Shown here: positions 21,293 to 31,856 of the stretch, in pieces
How positions within the stretch are numbered: the first letter of the stretch is position 1
Layout of the letters: every line of letters starts with the position of its first letter
NCBI GenBank assembly: GCA_963707715.1
Contig: CAVPRJ010000004.1
Coordinates: forward strand, 3,219 to 67,218
Direction of reading: 5' to 3'
Source: an uncultured delta proteobacterium
Lineage (GTDB): Bacteria; Desulfobacterota; Desulfobulbia; Desulfobulbales; Desulfocapsaceae
DNA: 64,000 nucleotides
Translations under genes and position numbers: made by a program
The notes under the pieces: generated by a model
Databases searched by the model: none
What the model was told of the DNA's origin: nothing
The model's input: the letters and a program-made list of their open reading frames with translations, nothing else

Positions 21293-22411
21293 TCAGGTGC
21301 CCAGGGCGATCGACTCGATGACCCCCCGCTGCTGTTCGATGCTCTCGAGCAATCTGAACTGCACCACCGCCCGGCGCAGGTTCTCCTGCGGATCCTGAAC
21401 CTTGAAATAGCTGTCATTTTCCAGATAATCAGTCAAGAAACGCAGCCCCAGCTCAAAGGTGAGCAGCCGGACCCCATGATAGATCTGCTCAGTTTCAGCT
21501 TCGTTCAAACCGATCCCCGAAGCCCGATACCCCGCCAGAAAACGTCGGCAGATCTCGACATTGAAGTGAACATGGTTTGCTGAAGGAGGTTTCTCACCAG
21601 CCGGATTACCCAGCGATCTCAGGCTATCGCCCAGGTCATAGGCCAGCAATCCCGCAGCCACCGTATCAAGATCGATCAGCGCCAGGGCCGCACAAAAATC
21701 TCGCCTGAACAGGAAGTTATCGGATTTGGGATCGCCATGAATCACCCGCTGAGCAGCGCCCTGTCCCTCGTTGCGCTGTTCCAGGGTTCTGGTTTCAAGG
21801 CGCTCTTCTGCCTGGGCGATACAATAGCTCAGCTCAACACTGGTAGCGCGCCGATGTGCCGCCACAGCCTCCAGATAACGCCCGCAATACCTGCTCAGAT
21901 CATGAAACCCCGGCAAAGCCGTATCGAGACGGCGATGGTCGAAATCGCTCAGCAACCGGTGAAAACTGCCCAGCAGCCGACCGGCTTCATGATATTTATG
22001 CGGATCACTTATCTGTTCGAAATCTCTGGAATCCGTGATATAACTTAGCATCCGCCAGACATCGCCGTTTTCATCTCGCACATGATTGGCGCCGTCCTCC
22101 GAGCCTACGGTGAGGAAAAACGTGAAGCCTCTGGACCAGGAGGGTGGGTCGGACAGACGCTGGTTGAGATGCGCACTTACCGCAGCCACATTGCTGACCA
22201 CGGCCACCGGATCGGGAAAGACGCTAGCATTGATACGCTGCACAACAACCGGCGGCTGGTGTGTTGGAATTACCAGATAGGTGTCATTGATATTACCCTC
22301 GCCCAGGGGGCGGATTACACTGATTTCCCCCAGCTTACAGGCAAAGCGGGGCAGCAGCGCAGCAATGATACGCCTGCTGCCCGCAGCAGATTCTGAAGGT
22401 GTCTCGACCAT
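21293..22411 (-). CDS. APH-like phosphotransferase-family kinase (possibly a sugar/hexosamine kinase)
   Basis: The catalytic loop 'VIHGDPKSDNFLF' and 'IDLDTV' are of the Brenner/APH type. The substrate is unknown. Confidence 0.65.
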   Translation of the reverse strand: MVETPSESAAGSRRIIAALLPRFACKLGEISVIRPLGEGNINDTYLVIPTHQPPVVVQRINASVFPDPVAVVSNVAAVSAHLNQRLSDPPSWSRGFTFFLTVGSEDGANHVRDENGDVWRMLSYITDSRDFEQISDPHKYHEAGRLLGSFHRLLSDFDHRRLDTALPGFHDLSRYCGRYLEAVAAHRRATSVELSYCIAQAEERLETRTLEQRNEGQGAAQRVIHGDPKSDNFLFRRDFCAALALIDLDTVAAGLLAYDLGDSLRSLGNPAGEKPPSANHVHFNVEICRRFLAGYRASGIGLNEAETEQIYHGVRLLTFELGLRFLTDYLENDSYFKVQDPQENLRRAVVQFRLLESIEQQRGVIESIALGT

Positions 22412-22508
22412 CGCGTTTTTCCGGCCCCGAGCCGCAGGAAATCGCCTCCACAGCCCGTCAGTTCTCAGCCCAGATCAACCACCAGAAGAAGGGGGATTGC
22501 TCTGTGGC

Positions 22509-23336
22509 TCAGTCCTGCTGCTCCTGGCCAGTGGTGGAGACCTGATACATATGGACGTCCTGCTGTGGATAAGGAATCGAGATACCCGCCTCATCGAAGG
22601 CCAATTTAATTTTTTCGGTCAGCGAGAACTTCACATTCCAGTAGTCAACCGTTTTAACCCACGGGCGCACTACGAAGTTGACCGACGAGTCGGCCAGTTC
22701 TGCCACCGCAATGGTGGGCGCCGGTTCACCGAGGACCCCGGGGTGCTGGCTGACAATCGATTGCAGTATTTCCTGGGCCTGCTTGATATTGTCTTTATAG
22801 CCGATACCAAATACCATATCGATGCGCCGCGTGTCATTGGCGGTGATGTTGGTGATCGGACCGCTGGTTATGAGCCCGTTGGGGATGATCTTTCGCTGAT
22901 TATCGGGGGTGGTCATCACCGTGTTGAAAATGGTAATCTCTTCCACTGCCCCCGTTTCGCCTGCAACAATGACCGCGTCGCCGACTTTGAAAGGCCTGAA
23001 CAGAATCAGCATCACGCCGGCTGAGAAATTGGCTAGTGAGTCCTTCAAGGCCAGACCGATCGCCAGACCGGCGGCACCGACCACGGCCAGAAAACTGGAC
23101 GTGTTGATGCCGAGTTGGCCCGCAGCGGCGATTATCACGGCGGCCAGCAGCGCATAGTAAATGATGTTGCGCAGAAACTTGGTGAGGGTGATATCCACAC
23201 CGTTACGCTCCATGATCTTGAAAAAAATCGATACGGCCCATTTAGCCAGCCAGTTTCCGATCAGAAGAATCAGTGCTGCGGCGATCAGTCTTGTCCCCCA
23301 AGTTACAAGCAAATCGGTTGATATAAACTCCTGCAT
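22509..23336 (-). CDS. mscS: Small-conductance mechanosensitive channel (MscS family)
   Basis: There are three N-terminal TM segments, 'GINTSSFLAVVGAAGLAIGLALKDSLANFSAGVMLILFRPFKVGD' and 'ITNITA'. Confidence 0.9.
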   Translation of the reverse strand: MQEFISTDLLVTWGTRLIAAALILLIGNWLAKWAVSIFFKIMERNGVDITLTKFLRNIIYYALLAAVIIAAAGQLGINTSSFLAVVGAAGLAIGLALKDSLANFSAGVMLILFRPFKVGDAVIVAGETGAVEEITIFNTVMTTPDNQRKIIPNGLITSGPITNITANDTRRIDMVFGIGYKDNIKQAQEILQSIVSQHPGVLGEPAPTIAVAELADSSVNFVVRPWVKTVDYWNVKFSLTEKIKLAFDEAGISIPYPQQDVHMYQVSTTGQEQQD

Positions 23337-23382
23337 GTCCCTCTCCTTTTCTGTATTCGTGGAAAACGTTTATTGGTCAAAT

Positions 23383-24144
23383 TCAGGTCTCGAGCAGGTT
23401 GATTTCCACTGCTTCGGTACGGTTATTATTTTCAGGGTTCTGGACAATGTCAAACTCGAAAATCAGGCTCGAGTCCAGAAACAGCGAATCCTGGGCGACG
23501 TGCGCTTTTGAACAGTGAAAAAATACCGTCTCCGGATGCAGTCCGTCCTCTTGCAGCGTATAGTAGCGCATAAAGCCGAAGCCCCGATCCTGCTTGTAGT
23601 TCACCGCAGTCCCGCGTTGCCGATTGGGCCCCTCGGCCTGAGCCGGCAGCAGGCCAGGGATCAGAAAACCAGAGATATAGGTGTCCGCCGCCTCTTTGAG
23701 CTCGCTGCTGACGTGATTGAATCCGATCACCTCGACCCGGCACCCCATGTTCTGCAGAGCCAGCACTAGGCGGATAAAGTCGCCGTCGCCGGTGAGCAGG
23801 ATGATTCGGTCCAGGTTACGGGCCTGCTGCAGTGCGTCGATAGCCAGGTCCATATCGGCATTGGCCTTGGTGGTCAGGATGCCTTCCTCGTCGACAAAGT
23901 GTTTGACGTACTTTTTGATCACCTTGAAACCACAGTGCCGCAGGATATCGTGATAGTGGTAGAGCTTCTGGCGATAATCTGCGTCGTCTTTGGTACGGCT
24001 GCGATCCTCCGCCAGATATGAATTGGCTCTGAGCAGGGTCGAGTTGCCGGCGTTGGCCAGATCCACCAGAATATCGTAGCGCATCCCGTAGCCGCCGCAT
24101 AAGCGGATGTTTTCCGCGTCGACGTAAATACCGGTTTTCAGCAT
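23383..24144 (-). CDS. NYN (LabA-like) nuclease domain fused to a C-terminal cold-shock-like domain
   Basis: The NYN part reads 'GIYVDAENI', 'ADMDLAIDAL' and 'ILLTGDGDFIRLVLALQNMGCRVEVIGF'. The C-terminus 'GTAVNYKQDRGFGFMRYY...VFFHCS...EFDIV' resembles the CspA 'GTVKWFN..KGFGFI...VFVH' pattern. Confidence 0.65.
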   Translation of the reverse strand: MLKTGIYVDAENIRLCGGYGMRYDILVDLANAGNSTLLRANSYLAEDRSRTKDDADYRQKLYHYHDILRHCGFKVIKKYVKHFVDEEGILTTKANADMDLAIDALQQARNLDRIILLTGDGDFIRLVLALQNMGCRVEVIGFNHVSSELKEAADTYISGFLIPGLLPAQAEGPNRQRGTAVNYKQDRGFGFMRYYTLQEDGLHPETVFFHCSKAHVAQDSLFLDSSLIFEFDIVQNPENNNRTEAVEINLLET

Positions 24145-24169
24145 CGTTTAAGATCCGTCATTAAATGGT

Positions 24170-25717
24170 TTATTCCCACTCGATCGTCGCCGGCGGCTTG
24201 GAAGAAATGTCATAGACCACCCGGTTGACGCCGCGCACCTCATTGATAATCCGGGTGGAGATGGCCCCAAGGATCTCATAGGGGACTTTCGACCAGTCGG
24301 CGGTCATCGCATCACGCGAATCGACGCAGCGGATCGCAATCACATGTTCGTAGGTCCGACCGTCCCCCATGACCCCGACGGTCTGAATCGGCAGCAGCAC
24401 CGCGAAAGACTGCCAGACCTTGCGGTACCAGCCATGTTTTTTCATCTCATCGAGCACGATTACATCCGCTTTGCGCAGCACGTCGAGCCGCTCCCTGGTT
24501 ATCTCGCCCATGATTCTGATACCGAGGCCGGGTCCAGGAAACGGCTGGCGATGAATGGCTTCGGACGGCAGACCCAGTTCGAGGCCAAGTTCTCGAACCT
24601 CGTCCTTAAAGAGTTCCCGCAGCGGCTCGATCAGATCGAGCTTCATCACTTCGGGCAGTCCACCGACATTGTGATGTGACTTGATCGGCGCCTCTCCCCG
24701 AAAGGAAACCGATTCGATCACATCGGGATAAAGCGTTCCCTGGGCCAAAAAGCTGACATCGCCGATTTTGGAGGCCTCTTCCTCGAAAATCTTGATAAAA
24801 CCAAGACCGATCTTCTTGCGCTTGATTTCCGGGTCAGCCACTCCGTCGAGTTCGCCCAGAAAGAAATCGGTTGCATCCACATCGATTACATTGAGCTTGC
24901 TCTTCTCCCGGAAGAACCGCAGGATCGCCTCCGATTCGCCACTGCGCATCAGCCCGTTATTCACATATATACAGGTGAGCTGGTCACCGATCGCCCGGTG
25001 CACGATTGCCGCCGTCACCGATGAATCGACCCCGCCGGAGAGCGCACAGATTACCTGAGCCGAGCCCACCTTCCGGCGTATCGCCGCCACCGATGTTTCG
25101 ATAAACGAATGCATGGTCCAGTCGGGCCGGCAGCCGCAGAACCCGAAGATGAAGTTGCGCAGCACATCGGTACCGATCAGAGTATGGGCCACCTCGGGAT
25201 GGAACTGCACCGCCACCAGCGGCTCATCCCGGTGCCGCAATGCGGCAAATGGTGAGTGGGCGGAGGTTGCGGTGGCTTCAAAGCCGTCGGGCACCACTTC
25301 CACCCGGTCGCCATGACTCATCCAGACCTGGTGACGCACCTCACCGGTCTCCAGACCGGCAAACAGGCCTTCGGTATTGTGAATCTGCAGTTCCGCCTTG
25401 CCGAATTCGTGCTTTTCCGCCCGTTCGACCTGACCGCCGCGCTGCAGTATCATAAGCTGGGCGCCGTAACAGATACCCAGTATCGGGATCGACAGCCCGA
25501 GAATCGCCGGATCGGAATGCGGCGCCCCGGCGTCGTATACTGAACAGGGGCCGCCCGACATCACAATGCCGGCCGGTTGCATTGCCTGGATGGCAGCAAT
25601 CGGGGTCGAATAGGGATGAATTTCGCAATAGACCTTCTGCTCTCTGATGCGCCGGGCAATGAGCTGGGTCGTCTGGGAACCGAAATCAAGAATGAGAATC
25701 ATCTGCCCTGGGTTCAT
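24170..25717 (-). CDS. guaA: GMP synthase (glutamine-hydrolysing)
   Basis: It has a GATase domain ('GICYGAQL'), the ATP-PPase 'LSGGVDSSV' and the conserved C-terminus 'KPPATIEWE'. Confidence 0.97.
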   Translation of the reverse strand: MNPGQMILILDFGSQTTQLIARRIREQKVYCEIHPYSTPIAAIQAMQPAGIVMSGGPCSVYDAGAPHSDPAILGLSIPILGICYGAQLMILQRGGQVERAEKHEFGKAELQIHNTEGLFAGLETGEVRHQVWMSHGDRVEVVPDGFEATATSAHSPFAALRHRDEPLVAVQFHPEVAHTLIGTDVLRNFIFGFCGCRPDWTMHSFIETSVAAIRRKVGSAQVICALSGGVDSSVTAAIVHRAIGDQLTCIYVNNGLMRSGESEAILRFFREKSKLNVIDVDATDFFLGELDGVADPEIKRKKIGLGFIKIFEEEASKIGDVSFLAQGTLYPDVIESVSFRGEAPIKSHHNVGGLPEVMKLDLIEPLRELFKDEVRELGLELGLPSEAIHRQPFPGPGLGIRIMGEITRERLDVLRKADVIVLDEMKKHGWYRKVWQSFAVLLPIQTVGVMGDGRTYEHVIAIRCVDSRDAMTADWSKVPYEILGAISTRIINEVRGVNRVVYDISSKPPATIEWE

Positions 25718-25761
25718 GGCGTTGGCTTCCTGAAGTGTTTTTCAAGTAAGACTGGTTTTTT

Positions 25762-27225
25762 CTAGGCCATACGATAGTTGGGCGCTTCCTTGGTGATGAT
25801 CACGTCATGTACGTGCGATTCGCGCAGGCCGGCCGATGAAATGCGGACGAATTTCGCTTTTTCCTGCAGCTCGGCAATGGTACCCGCGCCGACATAGCCC
25901 ATACCCGAGCGCAGGCCGCCAAGGAGCTGATAGATCACATTGGCCAGCGGGCCGCGGTAGGGAACTTTGCCTTCGATTCCTTCTGGCACCAGTTTCGCAA
26001 CAGCACTGGTCTCCGATTGAAAGTACCGGTCTGAAGACCCCTGGGACATTGCCCCGAGCGAACCCATGCCGCGATAGCCTTTGTAGGTCCTGCCCTGGTA
26101 GAGGAAGGTCTCGCCGGGCGTTTCATCGGTGCCGGCGAACAGACTGCCGATCATGATCGTCGAGGCACCCACTCCGATGGCCTTGGCCAGGTCACCGGAT
26201 TGCTTGATACCACCGTCAGAAATGACCGGAACATCGTGCCTGCTGGCCACCGACACGCAGGCCCGAAGTGCGCTAACCTGCGGTACCCCGACGCCGGCCA
26301 CGATTCTGGTTGTGCAGATCGAACCCGGTCCAACCCCAACTTTTATGGCGTTGGCTCCCGCCTTAATCAGGTCTTCAGCCGCTTCCGCCGTAGCGATATT
26401 GCCGGCTATAATCTGCAGTGCGGGGAACGCCCCCCGAATCTTTTCAATCGACCTGATCACACCTTCGGAGTGGCCGTGGGCCGAATCGAGCACCACCACA
26501 TCGACCCCTGCCTTGAGCAATCTTTCGGTATGCTCCTCAACCTCGGGACCGACGCCGATTGCCGCACCGACCAGCAAGCGGCCGAATTCGTCTTTGGCGG
26601 AATGCGGGTATTTTTTAATTTTTTCCAGGTCTTTGATGGTGATCAGCCCCTTCAAATTCCCGTTGTCGTCGACGACCAGCAGCTTTTCGATGCGATGTTC
26701 ATGCAGCAGGGCCTTGGAATGTTCGAGATCGATGCCTACTTTGGCGGTCACCAGATTCTTGCTGGTCATCACATCCGAGACTCTGAGTTCGCTATCGGAG
26801 ACGAAACGCAGATCCCGGTTGGTCACGATACCGACCAGCTTGCCTTCATGCAGCACCGGCAGACCGGAAATCTTATAGTGGGCCATGATCTGCTGGACCT
26901 CTCCCACCGACTGATCCCGGGTAACGGTGATCGGATCGATGATCATGCCCGATTCCGACTTTTTAACCCGCTCGACTTCGAGTACCTGCTGGTCGATGCC
27001 CATGTTTTTATGGACCACGCCGAGTCCCCCTTCGCGGGCCATGGTGATCGCCGCTGCCGACTCGGTCACCGTGTCCATCGCGGCGCTGATCAACGGTGTG
27101 TTGAGGTTGATTTCCTGGGTAAGCCTGGTCTTCAGCGAGACCTCGCTCGGCAGCACTCTGGAGGCGGACGGTATTAACAGCAGGTCGTCAAAAGTTAGTG
27201 CCATTTCAATATTTTCTGGTAACAT
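25762..27225 (-). CDS. guaB: IMP dehydrogenase
   Basis: '[10 protein letters not shown]', a CBS pair and '[11 protein letters not shown]' are present. The start is taken at the ATG at 27225, preceded by AAGGAG. Confidence 0.97.
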   Translation of the reverse strand: MLPENIEMALTFDDLLLIPSASRVLPSEVSLKTRLTQEINLNTPLISAAMDTVTESAAAITMAREGGLGVVHKNMGIDQQVLEVERVKKSESGMIIDPITVTRDQSVGEVQQIMAHYKISGLPVLHEGKLVGIVTNRDLRFVSDSELRVSDVMTSKNLVTAKVGIDLEHSKALLHEHRIEKLLVVDDNGNLKGLITIKDLEKIKKYPHSAKDEFGRLLVGAAIGVGPEVEEHTERLLKAGVDVVVLDSAHGHSEGVIRSIEKIRGAFPALQIIAGNIATAEAAEDLIKAGANAIKVGVGPGSICTTRIVAGVGVPQVSALRACVSVASRHDVPVISDGGIKQSGDLAKAIGVGASTIMIGSLFAGTDETPGETFLYQGRTYKGYRGMGSLGAMSQGSSDRYFQSETSAVAKLVPEGIEGKVPYRGPLANVIYQLLGGLRSGMGYVGAGTIAELQEKAKFVRISSAGLRESHVHDVIITKEAPNYRMA

Positions 27226-27434
27226 AGGTAACTCCTTTGCTGACAAGGCGCCACAACCTCCTGAAAACTTTATATATTATGGCCAGGGGCAGGGGCGGTC
27301 GCTGTATTGTATAGCATTGTATTTAAAAAGCTCAACCGTTTTAGACGGACCATGCCGGCGCAGCACAACAGATCTGGGAATCATCCGGGGGCTCATTTTC
27401 CGGCCGGAGCCAGACAGGCGTCGGATTGCATACT

Positions 27435-28046
27435 ATGATTGTAGAAATAAACCCCCAGAATCCCCAGCTCCGTCTGATTCGGAATGTGGTTGAACAGATC
27501 AACCATGGTGCGGTCATCTGCTACCCGACTGATACCGGATACGGTATCGGCTGCGATATCTTTCACCCGAAGGCGATAAAAAAGCTGATCCGCCTGAAAC
27601 GAAGGCCGACCAACAAACCGTTTTCCTTCATGTGCTATGATCTGAAAAACATCAGCCTGTACGCCCATGTTTCAAACACCGCCTACCGTCTGCTGAAAAA
27701 GAACCTGCCCGGCCCGTACACCTTCGTTCTGCCTGGCACCAAGCTCGTCCCTAAAGTCATGACCACCAGACAGAAAACGGTGGGTATCCGCGTTCCCGAA
27801 AATACCATCTGCCTGAGTCTGCTCGAAGTTCTGGGTTCACCGATCATCAATACCAGTATCCCCATCGAGGACGATAGCGCGCCCCCCACCCAAGCCTACG
27901 AAATAGATATGCTGCTCAACAACCGGGTCGATGTGATCATCGACGGCGGGCCCGTATATCCGGATCCGTCCTCGGTCATCGATCTGACCGGAGAAACGCC
28001 GGAGGTTCTCAGGGTCGGCAAGGGAGATGTCAGCCCTTTCCGTTGA
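27435..28046 (+). CDS. tsaC: L-threonylcarbamoyladenylate synthase (TsaC/YrdC family)
   Basis: 'VICYPTDTGYGIGCD', 'KRRPTNKPFSFM' and 'LPGPYTFVLP' are YrdC-domain motifs. Confidence 0.85.
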   Translation: MIVEINPQNPQLRLIRNVVEQINHGAVICYPTDTGYGIGCDIFHPKAIKKLIRLKRRPTNKPFSFMCYDLKNISLYAHVSNTAYRLLKKNLPGPYTFVLPGTKLVPKVMTTRQKTVGIRVPENTICLSLLEVLGSPIINTSIPIEDDSAPPTQAYEIDMLLNNRVDVIIDGGPVYPDPSSVIDLTGETPEVLRVGKGDVSPFR

Positions 28047-28320
28047 TCAGCGCCTCTTTCAGAGATTTGCTCATGGTGAAGTGGATGGTCTTGCGCTCAT
28101 CAATATCCATCATCACGCCGGTGCGGGGATTTTTCGTCTGACGGGCCTTGCGCTTGCGGGTCGAGAAGCTGCCGAAGCCGCGCAGCTCTACGCGCCGCCC
28201 CTCAGACAGCGCTTCGGCCATCGAATCAAGAATAATATCGACCGCCACGCTAACGTCTTGTTTATGGATGGCCAGATTATCGCTGATCCGGTCAACCAGT
28301 TCCTTTTTTAACATGCTCAT
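28030..28320 (-). CDS. ihfB: HU/IHF-family DNA-binding protein (IHF beta-like)
   Basis: 'RVELRGFGSFSTRKRKARQTKNPRTGVMMDIDERKTIHF' is the family pattern. It lies directly downstream of rpsA, as in many Proteobacteria. Confidence 0.85.
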   Translation of the reverse strand: MSMLKKELVDRISDNLAIHKQDVSVAVDIILDSMAEALSEGRRVELRGFGSFSTRKRKARQTKNPRTGVMMDIDERKTIHFTMSKSLKEALINGKG

Positions 28321-28427
28321 ATGCTCGCATCCTCAGGTTCAATCGGGTGGGGTACAAAAAAAGGTTGCTTCACACAACACGCCCGCGAAGCAACCTTATT
28401 CTCTTGTTTTACGGCGCACCAATGCCG

Positions 28428-30158
28428 TTACTCTTCGTTCTTGGTGCCTCCTTCCGCCGCCGCCTTGAGCAGATCGCCGAAGGTGGCGGGTGCTGCCTCG
28501 GCAATCTCGGCTTCGGCTTTTTTGATCTTCTCGACCGCTTCAGCTTCACCCTCATCTTCAAGTGTCTTCACGGACAGCCCGATTTTACGATCTTTGGCAG
28601 ACACATTGATAACGATGGCCTTCAGGCTATCGCCGATATTGTAGTGCTCGGCTGGACTCTTGACCTTGTCTTTGGGAATTTCCGAGACATGAACCAAGCC
28701 TTCGATTCCTTCTTCGAGTTTCACGAACACCCCGAAATCGGTCACATTGGTGATCTCACCCTCGACCACGGTGCCGGATGGATAGTTATTGTAGGCTGTC
28801 TGCCAAGGATCCGGGGTAAGCTGTTTGACACCAAGCGAGAAACGCTCATTCTCCTTGTCGATCTTCAGCACGACGGCCTGGATGGTATCGCCTTTGGCAA
28901 ATTTCTCCGCCGGATGCTTGATACGTTCGGTCCAGGACAGATCAGACACATGGATCAACCCGTCGATGCCTTCTTCGATACCGATGAATACGCCGAAATC
29001 GGTAATGTTTTTGATCTTGCCCTCGATGATGGCGCCGACCGGATAACTCTCGATTACCATATCCCACGGATTGGGTTGAAGTTGCTTCATGCCAAGCGAT
29101 ATCCGCTTGGTCTCCGGCTCAATGTTTAGTACCATGATCTCGATCTGGTCACCGACAGTAACGATCTTGGAGGGATGCCGCGGCTTTTTCGACCAGGTCA
29201 TCTCTGAGACATGGATCAGGCCCTCGACCCCTTCCTCGAGTTCGACGAAGACACCGTAATCGGTGATCGAGACAACCTTGCCAACGGCCTTTTCCCCAAC
29301 CGGGTAGCGCTCGGCAACCGTTGCCCAAGGATCTTCGCGGAGCTGCTTGATGCCCAATGATACGCGGTCGTTGTCACGGTCGTATTTAAGGACCTTGACC
29401 TCGACTTCCTGGCCGACCTTGTAGAGTTTGGCCGGGTGCGATACCCGTCCCCAGCTCAGATCGGTGATATGGCAGAGCCCATCCATGCCGCCCATGTCGA
29501 TGAACAGGCCGTAGTCGGTAATATTGGTGACCGAACCGTTAATGATCTGGCCTTCTTCGAGCCGGGAGCGCATATCCTCGCGCAGTTTGTTGCGATCCTC
29601 TTCGAGGATTGCCCGGCGGGAGATGACCACGTTATTGCGTTTGCGGTTGAACTTGAGAATCTTGAAATCATATAATTGACCAATCAGAGCATCGAGATCC
29701 TTGACCGGTCGCAGGTCGATCTGAGAATAGGGCAAAAAGGCTGGTACACCGATATCCACCGACATGCCGCCCTTGACTCTGCTCTCGATAGTACCCTCGA
29801 TCGTGCCATCGTCCTCCTGGATTTTGGCGATGTCCTCCCATACCTTGATCGCTATAGCTTTTTCACGGGACAGCAGGAGTCCGCCCTCATCTTTGCGGCG
29901 CTCAACGAAAACCTCGATAACATCACCGACCCCGATCTGATCACCTTCTTCGAGGCGAAATTCGGATTTGGGGATGAAACTCTCGGCTTTATCTCCTACA
30001 TCAACAAGGTAGCAATCGTCGTCTTCCCCGATAATCGTGCCGTTGGCCACATTGCCGACCTCGACAACCTTGTTGTTTTCTTCCATTTCGAAAAGCTCGG
30101 CAAAACTCAGCTCTTCATTTGTTTCTGTCTGATTTGAGTGGTTGGTTTCTTCTGTCAT
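28428..30158 (-). CDS. rpsA: 30S ribosomal protein S1
   Basis: It has six S1 repeats (for example 'VTNITDYGLFIDMGGMDGLCHITDLSW' and 'KNITDFGVFIGIEEGIDGLIHVSDLSW'). The start is taken at the ATG at 30158. Confidence 0.95.
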   Translation of the reverse strand: MTEETNHSNQTETNEELSFAELFEMEENNKVVEVGNVANGTIIGEDDDCYLVDVGDKAESFIPKSEFRLEEGDQIGVGDVIEVFVERRKDEGGLLLSREKAIAIKVWEDIAKIQEDDGTIEGTIESRVKGGMSVDIGVPAFLPYSQIDLRPVKDLDALIGQLYDFKILKFNRKRNNVVISRRAILEEDRNKLREDMRSRLEEGQIINGSVTNITDYGLFIDMGGMDGLCHITDLSWGRVSHPAKLYKVGQEVEVKVLKYDRDNDRVSLGIKQLREDPWATVAERYPVGEKAVGKVVSITDYGVFVELEEGVEGLIHVSEMTWSKKPRHPSKIVTVGDQIEIMVLNIEPETKRISLGMKQLQPNPWDMVIESYPVGAIIEGKIKNITDFGVFIGIEEGIDGLIHVSDLSWTERIKHPAEKFAKGDTIQAVVLKIDKENERFSLGVKQLTPDPWQTAYNNYPSGTVVEGEITNVTDFGVFVKLEEGIEGLVHVSEIPKDKVKSPAEHYNIGDSLKAIVINVSAKDRKIGLSVKTLEDEGEAEAVEKIKKAEAEIAEAAPATFGDLLKAAAEGGTKNEE

Positions 30159-30397
30159 TGGTTTTACTCGTGGTGCCGCTTGCGCAGCATGATTTTGATA
30201 TTGATCTCTGCCTGTTAACGAACAGACGCCCAAAAAACTTAAGGGGTGCGATCCCGGCTTCAGAAAGCAACCCCAACAGGAAAATTATACTTTATAGCAC
30301 GAAAACAATGGAAGGACAAGGTTTTATTGCCCCCTGAAGTGCCGCTGCCGAAGGGCTCTTAAGGCCGACAAAAAACATACTAATTGCTTAATTTCAA

Positions 30398-30898
30398 TCA
30401 GTTAGATAATTCTTGCCGCTCTTCCGGCCCGCTGAGCACGGCAAAACCCGCCCGCCGCCAGGCCTCGATGCCGCCATCGAGGTTGTACACCTCACGATAG
30501 CCCCTGCCGATCAGCACTTTACCGGCAATGTAGCTGCGCCCTCCCACCGCGCAGAGCAGCATGATCGGCCGGTCGGGTTCGGCCCTGAATACGCCCCGGA
30601 TTACATCGCCAACCGGCACGAAATCGGTTTCGGCAATTCTTACTTGCTGGCGCTCGGGTTCAGTCCTGACATCGATAACCAGCAAGTCATCACGTGCCTC
30701 AATCATTGCGGCGGCCTCTGCGGGAGATATGGTTCTGAAAACAGGGTGGGCGCTCTGCCCCTCCTCGCCCTGAAGACCAGCGCTGGATTCCCCCTCGCTG
30801 CAGCCCGGGGATACCAGCAGCAGCGCCAGTGTAATAAGGCACAGCAGACCAGGACATTTCTGCCCGGGTTGAGAAAATATCTGAAAAAGCGTAACCAC
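30398..30898 (-). CDS. Secreted or lipoprotein-like single-domain rhodanese (sulfurtransferase)
   Basis: The signal-like N-terminus ends 'LLVSPGC'. The active-site loop is 'LLCAVGGRSYIAG' (CxxGxRS). Confidence 0.75.
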   Translation of the reverse strand: MVTLFQIFSQPGQKCPGLLCLITLALLLVSPGCSEGESSAGLQGEEGQSAHPVFRTISPAEAAAMIEARDDLLVIDVRTEPERQQVRIAETDFVPVGDVIRGVFRAEPDRPIMLLCAVGGRSYIAGKVLIGRGYREVYNLDGGIEAWRRAGFAVLSGPEERQELSN

Positions 30899-31102
30899 CT
30901 GTTCACCTGGTTTGATTGCTCAGCTTATCGCACGACTGATGAGCATAAATAAGCACTGTGGAGAAAGAAAACCACAACGAAATCCTCGACAGGACACTGA
31001 AAGCAAGTTTGGAGTATTGCGGAGGGGAGGCAAGAAGACACCAACAATTGTCCTGAAACGACAGGGCAACTGCCGGAAAAACAGGTATAGTCAGGGGAAC
31101 TG

Positions 31103-31777
31103 CTATTTGCCCTGGATTTTCAACTCATCCATATAGGGGCCGAAAAGCTCCTCATATTCGGGGATGGCCTTGCGCAGAATGACCCCGAAATAAGGCGCGT
31201 CTTTTTCATTGACCACCAGGTTGGCTGAACAGGCCAGGGCCTGGATATCGTAGAAGGTTTTAAAATGACTGCCGATGAGCACGTAGAAAATATTGCGTCT
31301 GCGCGACATTTCCAGCGAGCAGACATAGCGGTGCAGTGCAATCCGGTCGAGTTCTTCGGGGCGGGCGTCGGTATGCATCACCAGGCAGGTGTAGTTGATG
31401 AACTGCATCCGCTCGAGCACCTGGTCCGGGTCATCTGTCACTTCAGCCCGGTAGCCGAGACCGGACAAGGCCGAGCCGACATTGTCGCAGCCCTCTCCCG
31501 ACCTCATCAGGACAATGGCCTGGGGAATATCAGAGACCACCTCCTCATCTTCGAAGGTACCATCCTGCAGCCACGATGTATCAGGAGGTGGAGGCGGTTT
31601 TACCTGGCTCGTGCCGGCAGCTGCTTTGCTCAGGCTCTCCCTGCCCAGCGAAATCGACTCTCCGCATTGACTGCATTTAAGACGCAGTTTCTGACCCGGC
31701 TGAAGTTTTTCCAGGCTCGCTTCCAGTTTGGCGTTTGACTGATGGGATTTACCGCAAGCGCTACATGTGATCTTCAT
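31103..31777 (-). CDS. MJ0042-type zinc-ribbon protein with a C-terminal receiver-like domain
   Basis: It has N-terminal 'CSACGK...(26 aa)...CSQCGE' (two CxxC pairs), a PPPPP linker and a C-terminal ~130-aa alpha/beta region ('AIVLMRSGEG...YTCLVMHTDARPE'). It lies 79 nt downstream of the pilT-like gene. Confidence 0.55.
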   Translation of the reverse strand: MKITCSACGKSHQSNAKLEASLEKLQPGQKLRLKCSQCGESISLGRESLSKAAAGTSQVKPPPPPDTSWLQDGTFEDEEVVSDIPQAIVLMRSGEGCDNVGSALSGLGYRAEVTDDPDQVLERMQFINYTCLVMHTDARPEELDRIALHRYVCSLEMSRRRNIFYVLIGSHFKTFYDIQALACSANLVVNEKDAPYFGVILRKAIPEYEELFGPYMDELKIQGK

Positions 31778-31856
31778 GACCGTCTCTCTTGTTCTGAGAT
31801 GTTTCGTTTGTTGATGATCCGTTTCCAGGTGGCCTGGAGCCAGTATAGGGGCTCGG

